From Trueperaceae bacterium (lineage in GTDB: Bacteria > Deinococcota > Deinococci > Deinococcales > Trueperaceae), in NCBI GenBank assembly GCA_965214405.1, contig OZ243956.1:3328001-3392000 (forward strand): a stretch of 64,000 bases of DNA, in the 5' to 3' direction. The translations under genes and the position numbers were made by a program. Positions 21,841 to 33,855 of this stretch are shown here, piece by piece. Numbering within the stretch: position 1 is the first letter of the stretch; every line of letters starts with the position of its first letter. The notes under the pieces were generated by a model. It ran no database searches, had not been told where the DNA came from, and saw nothing but the letters and a program-made list of their open reading frames with translations.

Positions 21841-22275
21841 GTGCGTAAACTCGCCCGTTTTGTGCGTTTGCCAGGGCTCGAGCGCGCCCTCTTGCTGCAC
21901 GCCTTTTTCTTACTCTGGCTCGCGCGGCTGGGGCTGTGGCTCGTCCCGTTTCAGGCCCTGCGGCGGCGTTTAGCGCGATTAAGCCGCGTGCTGCCTCGTG
22001 CAAAGGTCCGAATGCCTGTTCAAAGAATCGCTTGGGCCGTGCGCGCGGCGAGCAAGGGTGTTCCTCACGCGACGTGTCTTACACAAGCCCTGGCCGCGCA
22101 GGTGCTCTTCGTGCGTCACCAATACGCGGTTGACTTGAGAATCGGCGTGGCGAAGGGTGAGGCGGGGGGGCTCGAGGCGCACGCGTGGCTCGAGCACGGG
22201 GGCCGCGTGGTGGTCGGCAATGTGCGCGACCTTGGGCGGTATGTTCCGCTGTCGGCTAAAAAAGAGGTTTCCTGA
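21841..22275 (+). CDS. Lasso-peptide B2-type leader peptidase (transglutaminase-like)
   Basis: ATCLTQALA (catalytic Cys), LRIGV, EAHAWLE (catalytic His). Directly follows the RRE. Confidence 0.88.
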   Translation: MRKLARFVRLPGLERALLLHAFFLLWLARLGLWLVPFQALRRRLARLSRVLPRAKVRMPVQRIAWAVRAASKGVPHATCLTQALAAQVLFVRHQYAVDLRIGVAKGEAGGLEAHAWLEHGGRVVVGNVRDLGRYVPLSAKKEVS

Positions 22276-22371
22276 GAAAGTGCGTCGAGGGGTCACGACT
22301 TTGCGGTAAGCCTGCCGACAAATTGACACAGATACCTATACGTATTTGATACGTGTTATCATAGGATAACT

Positions 22372-22602
22372 ATGCGTAAAAAGTTAACCATTACCCTTGA
22401 TGAACAAGTTTATGAGGGTCTTCACAGTGTTGTTGGACGCCGTCATATCAGTCAGTTCATCGAATCGCTGGTTAGACCGCACGTTATCGGGGCTGACTTG
22501 GGCGAGGCTTACCGCATGATGGCGCAGGATGAAGCTCGAGAGACGGAAGCCCTCGAGTGGGCGGAAACCACTCTCTCGGACGTGGTTGATGAAGCGAGGT
22601 GA
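22372..22602 (+). CDS. Type II antitoxin (RHH-like)
   Basis: [13 protein letters not shown]...ISQFIE...Y..MA.DE.RE.EALEW. Overlaps the MazF toxin gene. Confidence 0.8.
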   Translation: MRKKLTITLDEQVYEGLHSVVGRRHISQFIESLVRPHVIGADLGEAYRMMAQDEARETEALEWAETTLSDVVDEAR

Positions 22603-22909
22603 GGTGTGGTGGGTGAATTGTGACCCATCCGTGGGGGGTGAAATCCAGAAGCAGCGCCCCGCCGTCATCCTCAGTAATGACGCCTCGAACGAACACCTCA
22701 ACCGCCTTCAGGTCGTACCGCTGACCAGCAATACCGGTCGCCTGTACCCCAGTGAAGCTTACGTGATGCTGGGCAGCAAACAGAGTAAAGCGATGGCGGA
22801 CCAGTTGACCACCGTGAGCAAACTTCGTCTGACCAACCGCGCTGGCCGCTTATCAAATTCGGACGTGCAAAAGCTCGAGCAGGCTGTGAAAGTGCAGCTT
22901 GCCTTATAA
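22589..22909 (+). CDS. mazF: PemK/MazF endoribonuclease toxin
   Basis: [45 protein letters not shown]. Confidence 0.92.
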   Translation: MKRGEVWWVNCDPSVGGEIQKQRPAVILSNDASNEHLNRLQVVPLTSNTGRLYPSEAYVMLGSKQSKAMADQLTTVSKLRLTNRAGRLSNSDVQKLEQAVKVQLAL

Positions 22910-22942
22910 CGTTACTTACAACCGGCGTATAAGCCCGACGGT

Positions 22943-23593
22943 TCAGACCTCCTCGAGCGGCGCCATCCCCAACCGCACGATGTAACGCTGCGCCCCCCTT
23001 TTTTGCAGGTAGGTTTTGAGCAACCCGAACATCTCCCGCTGGAGCGCCTTGGCGTCTTCAAAGTCCAAATAAACGGCGTCGCGCCAGCTCGAGAGCACCG
23101 CGGGGGCGTCTTTATCGAGCGTGGTGTAGTTACTTTCCGGGTTCAAGGCCGCCTGAACCTGCAAGCGCCCTCGTCCGTCGCGGTAGACGCGCGTGCCCCA
23201 GGCCCCTACCGCCTGCGCGCGCGCCCGCACCACGCCGCGCCGCAGCGTCGCCTCCCAATAGGCGTCGCGCTCGGCCATCGCCGCCTCCAGGGTTTCGGCG
23301 CTCGTCGCCTCGTAGGGGATGAAAAAGAGGTCGGCGGCGGAGCGGTAGAGCTTGACGGCGCGCCCGCCACGAGGCCGTTCGCCCGAAATTTTCAACAGGC
23401 CAAGCTCCAGAAAACGTTTGACCCTCGAGAGCACCGTGTTGGGCTTTTCCCCCGTTTCCCTAGCAGCCTGCGAGACGGTGCAGTCGCGGCCTAAAAAGGG
23501 CTCGAGCTGTCTTAACGTATGCGGATTGGTGAGGACGTCGGCGGCGCGGCGGTCTTGAACGACCATGATGCTAGGTGATTTTAAGGCTTCCAT
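22943..23593 (-). CDS. Winged-helix (ArsR-like) regulator
   Basis: N-terminal HTH (TVSQAARETG...VLSRVKRFLELGLL) and wing RGGRAVKLYR. Confidence 0.75.
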   Translation of the reverse strand: MEALKSPSIMVVQDRRAADVLTNPHTLRQLEPFLGRDCTVSQAARETGEKPNTVLSRVKRFLELGLLKISGERPRGGRAVKLYRSAADLFFIPYEATSAETLEAAMAERDAYWEATLRRGVVRARAQAVGAWGTRVYRDGRGRLQVQAALNPESNYTTLDKDAPAVLSSWRDAVYLDFEDAKALQREMFGLLKTYLQKRGAQRYIVRLGMAPLEEV

Positions 23594-23622
23594 ATCATCT
23601 AGTATACCCTGAGAATAGGAAT

Positions 23623-23997
23623 ATGAACGACGCCGTTCTCAGTTTAGACCACCTGCTTTTAGCCATGCCCGCCGGGGGTGAGGAGGGGGCGCGTAGATTT
23701 TACGGCGGTCTGCTCGGTCTACCGGAGCTTCCCAAGCCCGACCAACTTGCAGCCAGAGGCGGGTGCTGGTTCGCGCTGCCGAACCTTCAGCTTCATCTTG
23801 GAATAGAAGACGGATTCGCACCCGCCAAAAAAGCGCACCCAGCGTTCCGGGTGAGCGACCTTGAAGGGTTGCGGCGTCGGCTCGAGGCCGCAGGCACCTC
23901 AACCACTCCAGACGCCTCTCTTCCGAATCAAAAACGCTTTTTCTGCGCCGACCCCTTTGGGAATAGGCTTGAGTTCCTTGAAGCGCACACCGACTAA
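23623..23997 (+). CDS. VOC/glyoxalase-family protein
   Basis: LDHLLL, ARRFYGGLLGL, QLHLG, HPAFRV, DPFGNRLEF. Confidence 0.88.
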   Translation: MNDAVLSLDHLLLAMPAGGEEGARRFYGGLLGLPELPKPDQLAARGGCWFALPNLQLHLGIEDGFAPAKKAHPAFRVSDLEGLRRRLEAAGTSTTPDASLPNQKRFFCADPFGNRLEFLEAHTD

Positions 23998-24143
23998 AGA
24001 CGCTTATAGACCGTAAACACGCAGTCACAAACCATCCTCAGAAGTGGAAGGCGGTAAAATGATAGAATATGTAAGCGATAAGCGGCAAAATCCTTTTCCG
24101 CCCATTTTCACGAATCCAAGACATATCACCAAAGGAGTCCAAC

Positions 24144-26876
<2,733 letters not shown>

Positions 26877-26896
26877 AGGGTTGCTCAAAAGAGTAA

Positions 26897-26926
26897 AGGC
26901 GCTGCTTTTGGTAGCGCCTCTTTTCT
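26897..26926 (+). terminator. acnA intrinsic terminator
   Basis: AGGCGCTGC-TTTTG-GTAGCGCCT followed by CTTTTCT. Confidence 0.75.
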
Positions 26927-26938
26927 ATGTTCGAATAT

Positions 26939-27309
26939 CTACCCGTCGAGCGGGCGGCTCCGAACGCTCTGCTGGGAGATGACAGTAAAAGCCCTCTCGA
27001 GCGTTTCCCCATACCGCTCGATGACAGCAAGGAGGATGTCGGCTTTGTCTTTGCTCGCCAAGTGCTCGAGCCTCAACAGGACGACGCCTCGAGCACTAAG
27101 TTTACGGCGGTACACAAGCTCTCCAAAATCCTTGTCAATCATAACGAGAATGGATTCAGCTTCGTTCGCTCGCTTCAGCACCTCCGCATCGGGTAACGCG
27201 GGCTCTTCGTCTACAATGGCCCAACTCAAATGGCCCAAACTTTATATCCTTGCTTGCGTAAAGCTTTAACAATGGGATGATCTACGCTCTCGTCGGCGTA
27301 AAACTTCAC
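26939..27309 (-). pseudogene. DUF5615 PIN-like toxin, disrupted by a 14-bp insertion
   Basis: GTG at 27309 gives MKFYADESVDHPIVKALRKQGYKVWAI then a stop. It continues in another frame as WAIVDEEPALPDAEVL...IDKDFGELVY. A 10-bp direct repeat at 27215-27224/27229-27238 flanks CTCA. Confidence 0.8.
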
Positions 27310-27539
27310 GCAGCGTCGCGTTCGGGTCGTGGGGTGGGATAGACCGTCGTCGCGTTAAGCGACCGCACGGCGAAAGCGAGGGCGTCGTAGATGTCTTGCT
27401 GGCTCAGGCGGGGGTACGCCCCTAGCACTTCGGCGTGACTGCGACCGGCGGCGAGCTTTTCTAAAATGCTCTCGACCGTGATTCTTGTGTTTTCCACCGT
27501 CGGCTTGCCGAGCATGACCTCGGGGTCTGAAACAATCAT
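27306..27539 (-). CDS. DUF433 antitoxin
   Basis: SDPEVMLGKP.V..TRITV..IL..LAAG....VL..YP.L...DI..AL.FA. GTGA-coupled to the DUF5615 gene. Confidence 0.88.
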   Translation of the reverse strand: MIVSDPEVMLGKPTVENTRITVESILEKLAAGRSHAEVLGAYPRLSQQDIYDALAFAVRSLNATTVYPTPRPERDAA

Positions 27540-27558
27540 GCGCTTGATAATAGCAGGT

Positions 27559-27776
27559 TTAATGCGTTGACCTCGCGGCGTGTACCGCGGAGAGTTCATC
27601 AAGCACGCTTTGGGCGTTGCCCATATGCCCAAAGGCTGCAAAGGCGTGAGCACAGCCGCGCGGCACATTGTGGTCGCGGAAATGCTGCGCTGTTGTCCTC
27701 AAATGTGCGGCGGCGCGCTCGAGTTCCGCGGCGGCACCTTCCTCTGCGCCGCGCTTTCAAAAGCGTCGTCCGACAT
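27559..27776 (-). pseudogene. Small His-rich hypothetical protein, frameshifted (absent from the ORF track)
   Basis: ATG directly after the SDR stop (TAAATG) gives MSDDAFESAAQR. A frame change then gives EGAAAELERAAAHLRTTAQHFRDHNVPRGCAHAFAAFGHM...HAARSTH*. The 218-nt length is not a multiple of 3. Confidence 0.55.
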
Positions 27777-28625
27777 TTATTTCCCCTTTCGCATCTCCGC
27801 CAACGCCTCCCACTGCTCTTTACTTACCTCGTCCAAAATATTAAATTCCCCCGCGCCCCAAGCCTTCTCACCGCCATCGATATAAATGAGGTCGCCCGTG
27901 ATAAAACCCGCCCCGTCTGAAATGAGATAAGCAGCTAGATTGGCAAGCTCCTCGTGCTTCCCGACCCGGCCCAAAGGGATGCGCTTCTCGAACATCCCCT
28001 GAATCTCAGGCGTGGGCATAAGGCGGCTCCACGCGCCCTCGGTGGGAAAAGGGCCGGGCGCGATGGCGTTCAGACGAATCCCGTACTTGCCCCATTCGGC
28101 GGCCAACGACTTGGTCATGCTGACAACCCCGGCTTTGGCGGCGGCGGACGGCACCACGTAGCCCGAGCCTCCCTCGGCGTAGGTGGTGGCGATGTTGAGC
28201 ACCACGCCTTTTTGCCCCTTCTCGATCCAGCGTTTGCCGAGTTCCAACGTGCAGTAAAACGTGCCGTGCAAAACGATACCCAAAACCGCGTCTACCGCGC
28301 GGTGCGAGAGCTTTTCGGTGGGGGAGATGAAGTTGCCCGCGGCGTTGTTGAGGAGTACGTCAACCCGTCCGAAGTGGCCCTCCACTGCGTCAATCATGGC
28401 CGTGACTCCCTCTGGGTTGCGCACGTCTACGGTGGTGGTAAAGACCTCGCCCCCGGTCGCGTCCATCATCTCCTGCGCGGCTTTGTCTAAAACTTCTTGG
28501 CGGCGGCTCGAGATGGCCACCTTCGCCCCCAAGGCCAGAAACCGCTCGCACATCGACCGGCCCAGCCCTGTACCGCCGCCCGTAACCAGCACCACCTTGT
28601 CTTTGAGTAAGTCGTCCTTAAACAC
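27777..28625 (-). CDS. SDR-family 2,4-dienoyl-CoA reductase-like oxidoreductase
   Basis: TGGGTGLG, NNAAGNFISP.E.LS, SAAAKAGV, APGPFPTEGAWSRL. Confidence 0.88.
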   Translation of the reverse strand: MFKDDLLKDKVVLVTGGGTGLGRSMCERFLALGAKVAISSRRQEVLDKAAQEMMDATGGEVFTTTVDVRNPEGVTAMIDAVEGHFGRVDVLLNNAAGNFISPTEKLSHRAVDAVLGIVLHGTFYCTLELGKRWIEKGQKGVVLNIATTYAEGGSGYVVPSAAAKAGVVSMTKSLAAEWGKYGIRLNAIAPGPFPTEGAWSRLMPTPEIQGMFEKRIPLGRVGKHEELANLAAYLISDGAGFITGDLIYIDGGEKAWGAGEFNILDEVSKEQWEALAEMRKGK

Positions 28626-28885
28626 CTTTGGCCTCCGTTCACGCTTATCTTATCCTGGCTTTCTCGAGCTGTTTCTTTACGCGGCGCGTTTGCCGGACGC
28701 GCGCCGAAAATCCGCAAGCCTCTAAGATGTGTATATTCACTTTTGGATTTTTTGGTAAAGAGTATAGTGGGCAAAGCAGGCCGTGGCAGGAGGAGCAGGC
28801 TCGAGGAGGCTTCTGCGGTGAGGTACGCCCTTACTTTTTAACTGTACGCTGCGCTACTATTACTACTGTTGTTAGAGGTGCTGAC

Positions 28886-29116
28886 ATGTCCTGGCGTGAC
28901 CCCATCATTGAAGTGAGGCAGGCGCACATCCGCGCGGTGATTGCGGAGCACGCGTCGCAGTGGCACTTGATGGCGCAGCACTACCTCTACTGTTTGGAGC
29001 GCGCCACCGAAGCCGACGACGCGCGCGCGATCCGTTTTTTTGCCGCCAAGCTGAGCGTTGCTTACGCGAAGATGGATATGCCTTACAAGGCAACTTATTA
29101 CCGCAATCTGTGCTGA
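28886..29116 (+). CDS. Hypothetical helical protein, 76 aa
   Basis: ATG after GAGGT RBS: MSWRDPIIEVRQAH...YYRNLC. Confidence 0.55.
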   Translation: MSWRDPIIEVRQAHIRAVIAEHASQWHLMAQHYLYCLERATEADDARAIRFFAAKLSVAYAKMDMPYKATYYRNLC

Positions 29117-29213
29117 ATGTTGAGTTGAGAGATGCTTTTCCAGTAGAGGTCACACAAGCGTAACTTTTTAGAGGATGCTCTGCACATGCGCCTAGGTCAA
29201 CCGTCTTCCGCTT

Positions 29214-29647
29214 TCAAGCTCCGTCACACCGCGCCTCCGCAAGCGCCTTGCTGAGGCTCAGGTTCGGCGCGCGCGCGAAGTGCCGGATATTTTCCGTTAC
29301 CAACATTAAATCGTGACGGAGCGTGGTTGCCGCAATTTGTAAGTCGGCGTCGGCGAGTCGCTGACCCGCCTTCTCGACTCGAAGAGAGCACTAACGTCAC
29401 CAAATACTTGGGCGACGCTTACATCGAAGGGCAGCACCGTGAGGGCGGGCAAAACACGTTCATGGATGTTCTTGAGGTGGCGCACTTTCGCCTGGGAACG
29501 GTAGGCACCCTTAAACAGTTCGCCAACGGATACTGCACTGGCGAACTGCTCCTCACGCGGAACGGCTGAGAGCCATTCGACATAGGTGGGAGCAGGACGT
29601 TTTTTTAAAACCTCTGAGATGGCGTCAGTGTCAAACAGATAAGCCAC
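29214..29647 (-). pseudogene. vapC: VapC PIN toxin, frameshifted by a 5-bp duplication
   Basis: YLFDTDAISE...GEL. CTCGA is duplicated at 29373-29382. Removing one copy restores KAGQRLADADLQIAAT...LVTENIRHF. Confidence 0.82.
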
Positions 29648-29659
29648 TATCTCAAGCCG

Positions 29660-29937
29660 TTATTCAGGGTTGGAAAGCAGACGCCCCTGGGTGCGCGTCT
29701 GCAACGAGACGTGCTCGACCAAGTTTTCAGGATCGTCCCAGCCACCCGCGAGTCCTGCCAAACCTGTTTCCGGCCCCGCTGCTCTCAGGCGCAGGAGTTG
29801 CTCGAGCTCTTCAGCCTTTACAAGGCGGCCACGGGCTTGCCGCCCCGCGTAATAACGACTGCCTCGCCGTACTCTACGCTGCGGACCCAACTGGAAAGCT
29901 TCTCTTTAACCTCTACAATCGAGACTTCTCGGCTCAC
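29660..29937 (-). pseudogene. Phd/YefM antitoxin, frameshifted (-1 near 29820)
   Basis: MSREVSIVEVKEKLSSWVRSVEYGEAVVITRGGKPVAAL then TAA. The continuation VKAEELEQLLRL... is in another frame. Confidence 0.8.
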
Positions 29938-30283
29938 AAAGCCTCTATATGGCCATTATAGTCTATACAACCAAATAGTTGGCGGTGGCATCACTGATTT
30001 GATCATTGATTTATGTTTCCTTTGTACGGGGCACCGGAAGATATGGGGCGGCGCACGTTTCGTCACGCTCTACCAAACGCAAAAGTGTTACGCTTGTCGC
30101 CAGAATGACTTGTAAAGGACGCGCGTAAGCTTATGTTTGGGGCTGTGTTTACGGTTACGGTCGTGCGTGAGACTCTATATGGAGCTGAATGTAGAGCCGT
30201 GTGCAAATTATGTATAGGCGAATATGTGTGTGAGGGTGGGCTCGAGTCCAAACCAAAGCCAAAAGGGTCAAGGGAGATTACAA

Positions 30284-32158
30284 ATGGGTGTTCTTGAAGC
30301 CGAGCCGGTCCACAAGCTGGACGGTTCCGAATCCGACGCCGTCAACGATTTTTCGCTGGTCGTCGCCACGGCCAACGGGACGGGCAGCCAGACGGCCAAC
30401 TTAACGCTCCTGCGGGCGTTTTTCAAAATGGGCATCCCCGTCCACGGCAAAAACATCTTCCCTTCAAACATTCAGGGTTTGCCGACCTGGTACCACATCC
30501 GCGTGAGCCGCGAGGGCTACGTGGCGCGCCGCCACACGTCAGAGATTCTGGTGGCTTTCAATCAAGCCACCGCCAACGATGACATCAAGGCCCTGCCGCC
30601 GGGCGGCGTCTGCGTGTATAACGGCGACTGGAAGAAGGTTTTAGAACGTGACGATATAACCTACTACGCGGTGCCGGTCAACGACTTTGTGCAGGACGCG
30701 GGCACCAAGGGCAAGCTGCGCGACTACATCGCCAACATGGTCTACGTGGGCGCGCTCGCGCAACTCCTAAATATTCCTCTGGACAGCATCGAAGAAGCGC
30801 TGAATTTTCACTTCGGCAAGCGTCAAAAGCTGGTCGACTCGAACATGGCGGTGGTGCGCGCCGCGCACGCCTGGGCGGGGGACAATCTTGATAAGCGCGA
30901 CCCCTTTGCCGTCGCGCCGATGGCGGAGACGGACGGGCTCATCATGATGACGGGCAATGAGGCGGCGGCTTTGGGCGCAACCTTTGGCGGCGTGTCGGTG
31001 GCGGCCTGGTACCCCATCACCCCGTCCACGAGCGTGATTGACGCGCTTAAAGAGTACCTGCACAAGCTCCGGCGCGACCCCCAAACGGGCGAGGCGACCT
31101 ACACGGTGATTCAAGCGGAAGACGAACTCGCGGCCATCGGCATGGTTCTGGGCGCGGGCTGGGCGGGCTCGAGGGCGATGACCGCGACTTCCGGCCCCGG
31201 CATCTCGCTCATGGCAGAGTTCGCGGGGCTAGGTTATTTTGCCGAGATTCCCGCGGTGATTTGGGACATCCAGCGGGTGGGGCCGAGCACGGGGCTGCCC
31301 ACGCGCACGGGTCAGGGTGATGTGACGTTTGTTTACTACTTAGGTCACGGCGACACGAAAAATGTGATTCTCTTTCCAGGAAGCGTCAAGGAGTGCTTTG
31401 AGTTCGGCGTAGAAGCGTTTGACTTGGCCGACACGCTCCAGACGCCCGTGTTCGTGCTCTCGGACTTGGATTTGGGCATGAACAACTGGATGTCGGAGCC
31501 TTTCAAGTATCCGGATGCGCCTATCAGCCGTGGCAAGGTTCTGAGCGCCGACGAGGTGGCGGAGCAGGGCTTTGCGCGTTACAAGGACTTAGACGGCGAC
31601 GGCGTCCCCTACCGCACGCTGCCCGGCAACGAGGGGCCGGGGGCGGCCTACTTCACCCGCGGCACCGGGCACAACGAGCGCGCGGTGTATAGCGAGCGGT
31701 CCGACGATTGGCTCGAGAACACCGACCGTTTAGCCCGCAAGTTCGACACCGCGCGCAGATTCGTGCCGGGTCCGGTGATTGATGAGGTTGAAGGGGCCGA
31801 GGTGGGCATCATCGCCTTTGGCTCGACGATGTACGCGATTGACGAGGCTCGAGACCGCTTGGCCGCGGACGGCCTCCAAACAAGCTTCATGCGCCTGCGC
31901 GCGCTGCCGATCAACGGCGAGGTGCGCGACTTTATCGGGCGCTACGAGCGGCTTTTTGTGATTGAACTCAACCGCGACGGGCAACTCCACGCGATTTTGC
32001 AGACCGAAGTGCCCGAGGCGGCGACCAAACTCCTCTCGCTTGCGCGGATGGACGGGCTGCCGCTAACGCCGCACGGGGTGGTGGACGCGGTGCGTGGGGC
32101 ATTACAAGGCGCGTCACAAGATGCGCACGTGAAAGACGTTCAGAAAGTGAGAAATTAA
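30284..32158 (+). CDS. korA: 2-oxoacid:ferredoxin oxidoreductase alpha subunit
   Basis: NIFPSNIQGLPTW, WYPITPST, QAEDELAA, TATSGPG, QRVGPSTGLPTR. Substrate specificity not determined. Confidence 0.88.
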   Translation: MGVLEAEPVHKLDGSESDAVNDFSLVVATANGTGSQTANLTLLRAFFKMGIPVHGKNIFPSNIQGLPTWYHIRVSREGYVARRHTSEILVAFNQATANDDIKALPPGGVCVYNGDWKKVLERDDITYYAVPVNDFVQDAGTKGKLRDYIANMVYVGALAQLLNIPLDSIEEALNFHFGKRQKLVDSNMAVVRAAHAWAGDNLDKRDPFAVAPMAETDGLIMMTGNEAAALGATFGGVSVAAWYPITPSTSVIDALKEYLHKLRRDPQTGEATYTVIQAEDELAAIGMVLGAGWAGSRAMTATSGPGISLMAEFAGLGYFAEIPAVIWDIQRVGPSTGLPTRTGQGDVTFVYYLGHGDTKNVILFPGSVKECFEFGVEAFDLADTLQTPVFVLSDLDLGMNNWMSEPFKYPDAPISRGKVLSADEVAEQGFARYKDLDGDGVPYRTLPGNEGPGAAYFTRGTGHNERAVYSERSDDWLENTDRLARKFDTARRFVPGPVIDEVEGAEVGIIAFGSTMYAIDEARDRLAADGLQTSFMRLRALPINGEVRDFIGRYERLFVIELNRDGQLHAILQTEVPEAATKLLSLARMDGLPLTPHGVVDAVRGALQGASQDAHVKDVQKVRN

Positions 32159-32159
32159 C

Positions 32160-33194
32160 ATGGCGTCACCCATTGCCAAAGAAAACGACATCGGGCTGTC
32201 GAAGTCCGATTACGGCGGTCAGCCCTCGACCCTGTGCAAGGGCTGCGGGCACAACTCGATTGCGAATCAGATTATCCAGGTGGCGTTTGACCTCAACATC
32301 AGGCCGCACGAAATTGTGAAACTATCGGGGATTGGGTGCTCGAGCAAGTCCCCCGCCTACTTTTTGGGCATGTCGCACGGCTTTAACGCGCTCCACGGGC
32401 GGATGCCCTCGGTGGGCACGGGCGCGCTCATGGCGAACCGCCACCTCCAGGCCATCGGCGTCTCGGGCGACGGTGACACCGGCTCGATCGGCATGGGGCA
32501 ATTCAAGCACCTCGTGCGCCGCAACGTGCGGATGGTCTACGTGGTCGAAAATAACGGCGTCTACGGCCTCACCAAGGGCCAGTTTTCCGCCACCGCCGAC
32601 GAGGGGCAGGAACTCAAGTACGCAGGCCATAACGACTTGCCGCCCATCAACATCTGCATGGAGGCGGTAATCGCGGGCTGCGGTTTCGTCGCGCGCTCCT
32701 TCGCGGGCGACGCCAAACAGGTGCGCGAACTTCTCAAGGCGGCGCTCTCGCACCGGGGTACCGCCGTGCTCGACATTATCTCGCCCTGCGTCGCCTTTAA
32801 CAATGACGACGCCTCGACCAAATCCTATTCCTACGGGCGCGAGCACGAGGAGCCGCTGCACGAGGTGGGCTATGTGCCCTTGACCGAGGAGATCGTCCTG
32901 GAGGGCCAGGACCCCGGCGAGATGCGCGTGGTCGAGCTTCACGACGGGTCGTTTATCAAGCTGCGCAAGTTGGAGCGCGACTACGACCCGCGCGACCGTT
33001 TGGCGGCGCTCTCGAGGTTGCAGGAGGCGGAGTCGCGTGAAGAACTCATTACCGGCCTCGTCTATTACAACCCCGACCGGCCCGCCTTGGCAGAGGTTGA
33101 GAACATGGTCGACACGCCCCTCGCGCACCTCAGTGACGCGCAACTGAGGCCTCCCAAGGAGGCGCTAGAAACGCTTATGGCTGGGTTGCAGTAA
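32160..33194 (+). CDS. korB: 2-oxoacid:ferredoxin oxidoreductase beta subunit
   Basis: LCKGCGH, SGIGCSSK, HGR, GDGD...NNGVYGLTKGQ (TPP binding), SPCV. Confidence 0.9.
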   Translation: MASPIAKENDIGLSKSDYGGQPSTLCKGCGHNSIANQIIQVAFDLNIRPHEIVKLSGIGCSSKSPAYFLGMSHGFNALHGRMPSVGTGALMANRHLQAIGVSGDGDTGSIGMGQFKHLVRRNVRMVYVVENNGVYGLTKGQFSATADEGQELKYAGHNDLPPINICMEAVIAGCGFVARSFAGDAKQVRELLKAALSHRGTAVLDIISPCVAFNNDDASTKSYSYGREHEEPLHEVGYVPLTEEIVLEGQDPGEMRVVELHDGSFIKLRKLERDYDPRDRLAALSRLQEAESREELITGLVYYNPDRPALAEVENMVDTPLAHLSDAQLRPPKEALETLMAGLQ

Positions 33195-33245
33195 GAGGAT
33201 TCTAGCAAGCAAGCGTTCTCGAGCGCCTGCCAAACCCTAAAAGCC

Positions 33246-33677
33246 ATGAACTACGCGTCTCTCATCGCGCTCCTCGCCGCGATTTCTTTCACGCTGCCCT
33301 TTTTGGTCACGCTCGCCGAAAACGCGGGCGTCCCAAGAGGCTTTAGCATCGTGCTGACGCTCGCGGGCGCAACTTTCGCGCTCGCCTGGGTCTGGGTGAG
33401 GAGCCGGGTGCTGCGCCGCACCGCCTTGGAAGAATGTGTCACGGTTATCGAGGGCCAGCGGGCCGAGACGCCGGAACGTCCCGAGGCATTCTTTCTGCAC
33501 GGCGACCATCTAGGCGACTTGCTCCTCACCCTGGGGCGGCCCAGCGAGGCGTTGGCGGTGTTTGAAGCCTACAAAAGGGTGGCTGAACAGGCGGGGCGCG
33601 AGGTGGGGAGTACGGAACGCGTTATCATGAGCCTGCGGCGCGAGGGGCGGCAGGAGGAAACGGATGAGGGCGTATAG
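33246..33677 (+). CDS. Membrane protein with two TM helices and a TPR-like C-terminus
   Basis: Two hydrophobic segments, then LGDLLLTLGRPSEALAVFE. Confidence 0.6.
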   Translation: MNYASLIALLAAISFTLPFLVTLAENAGVPRGFSIVLTLAGATFALAWVWVRSRVLRRTALEECVTVIEGQRAETPERPEAFFLHGDHLGDLLLTLGRPSEALAVFEAYKRVAEQAGREVGSTERVIMSLRREGRQEETDEGV

Positions 33678-33855
33678 AGGTCTGGTAGAGGACGGCGTGG
33701 TCAAACTCCCCGAGGGCGCCTATTTACCCGAGGGCGCGGTGGTCACGGTCACGATTGGCGAGGCTGAATATCTGCGCGCGCGGCTGCGCCGGGTGTTAAA
33801 GCGCAATGTGCGCCGCCGCTTGCGTGCTCGGACGCCCCGTCCTTTTCCCGTCTAG
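33664..33855 (+). CDS. Small hypothetical protein (DUF104-like N-terminus)
   Basis: RAYRGLVEDGVVKLPEGAYLPEGAVVTV. RBS GGAGG. Coupled to both neighbours. Confidence 0.6.
   Translation: MRAYRGLVEDGVVKLPEGAYLPEGAVVTVTIGEAEYLRARLRRVLKRNVRRRLRARTPRPFPV

Noticed and set aside
29217..29937. Programmed frameshifting as the cause of the TA frame breaks
   Set aside because: There are no slippery sequences at the breaks, which are explained by exact duplications or a single-base deletion.
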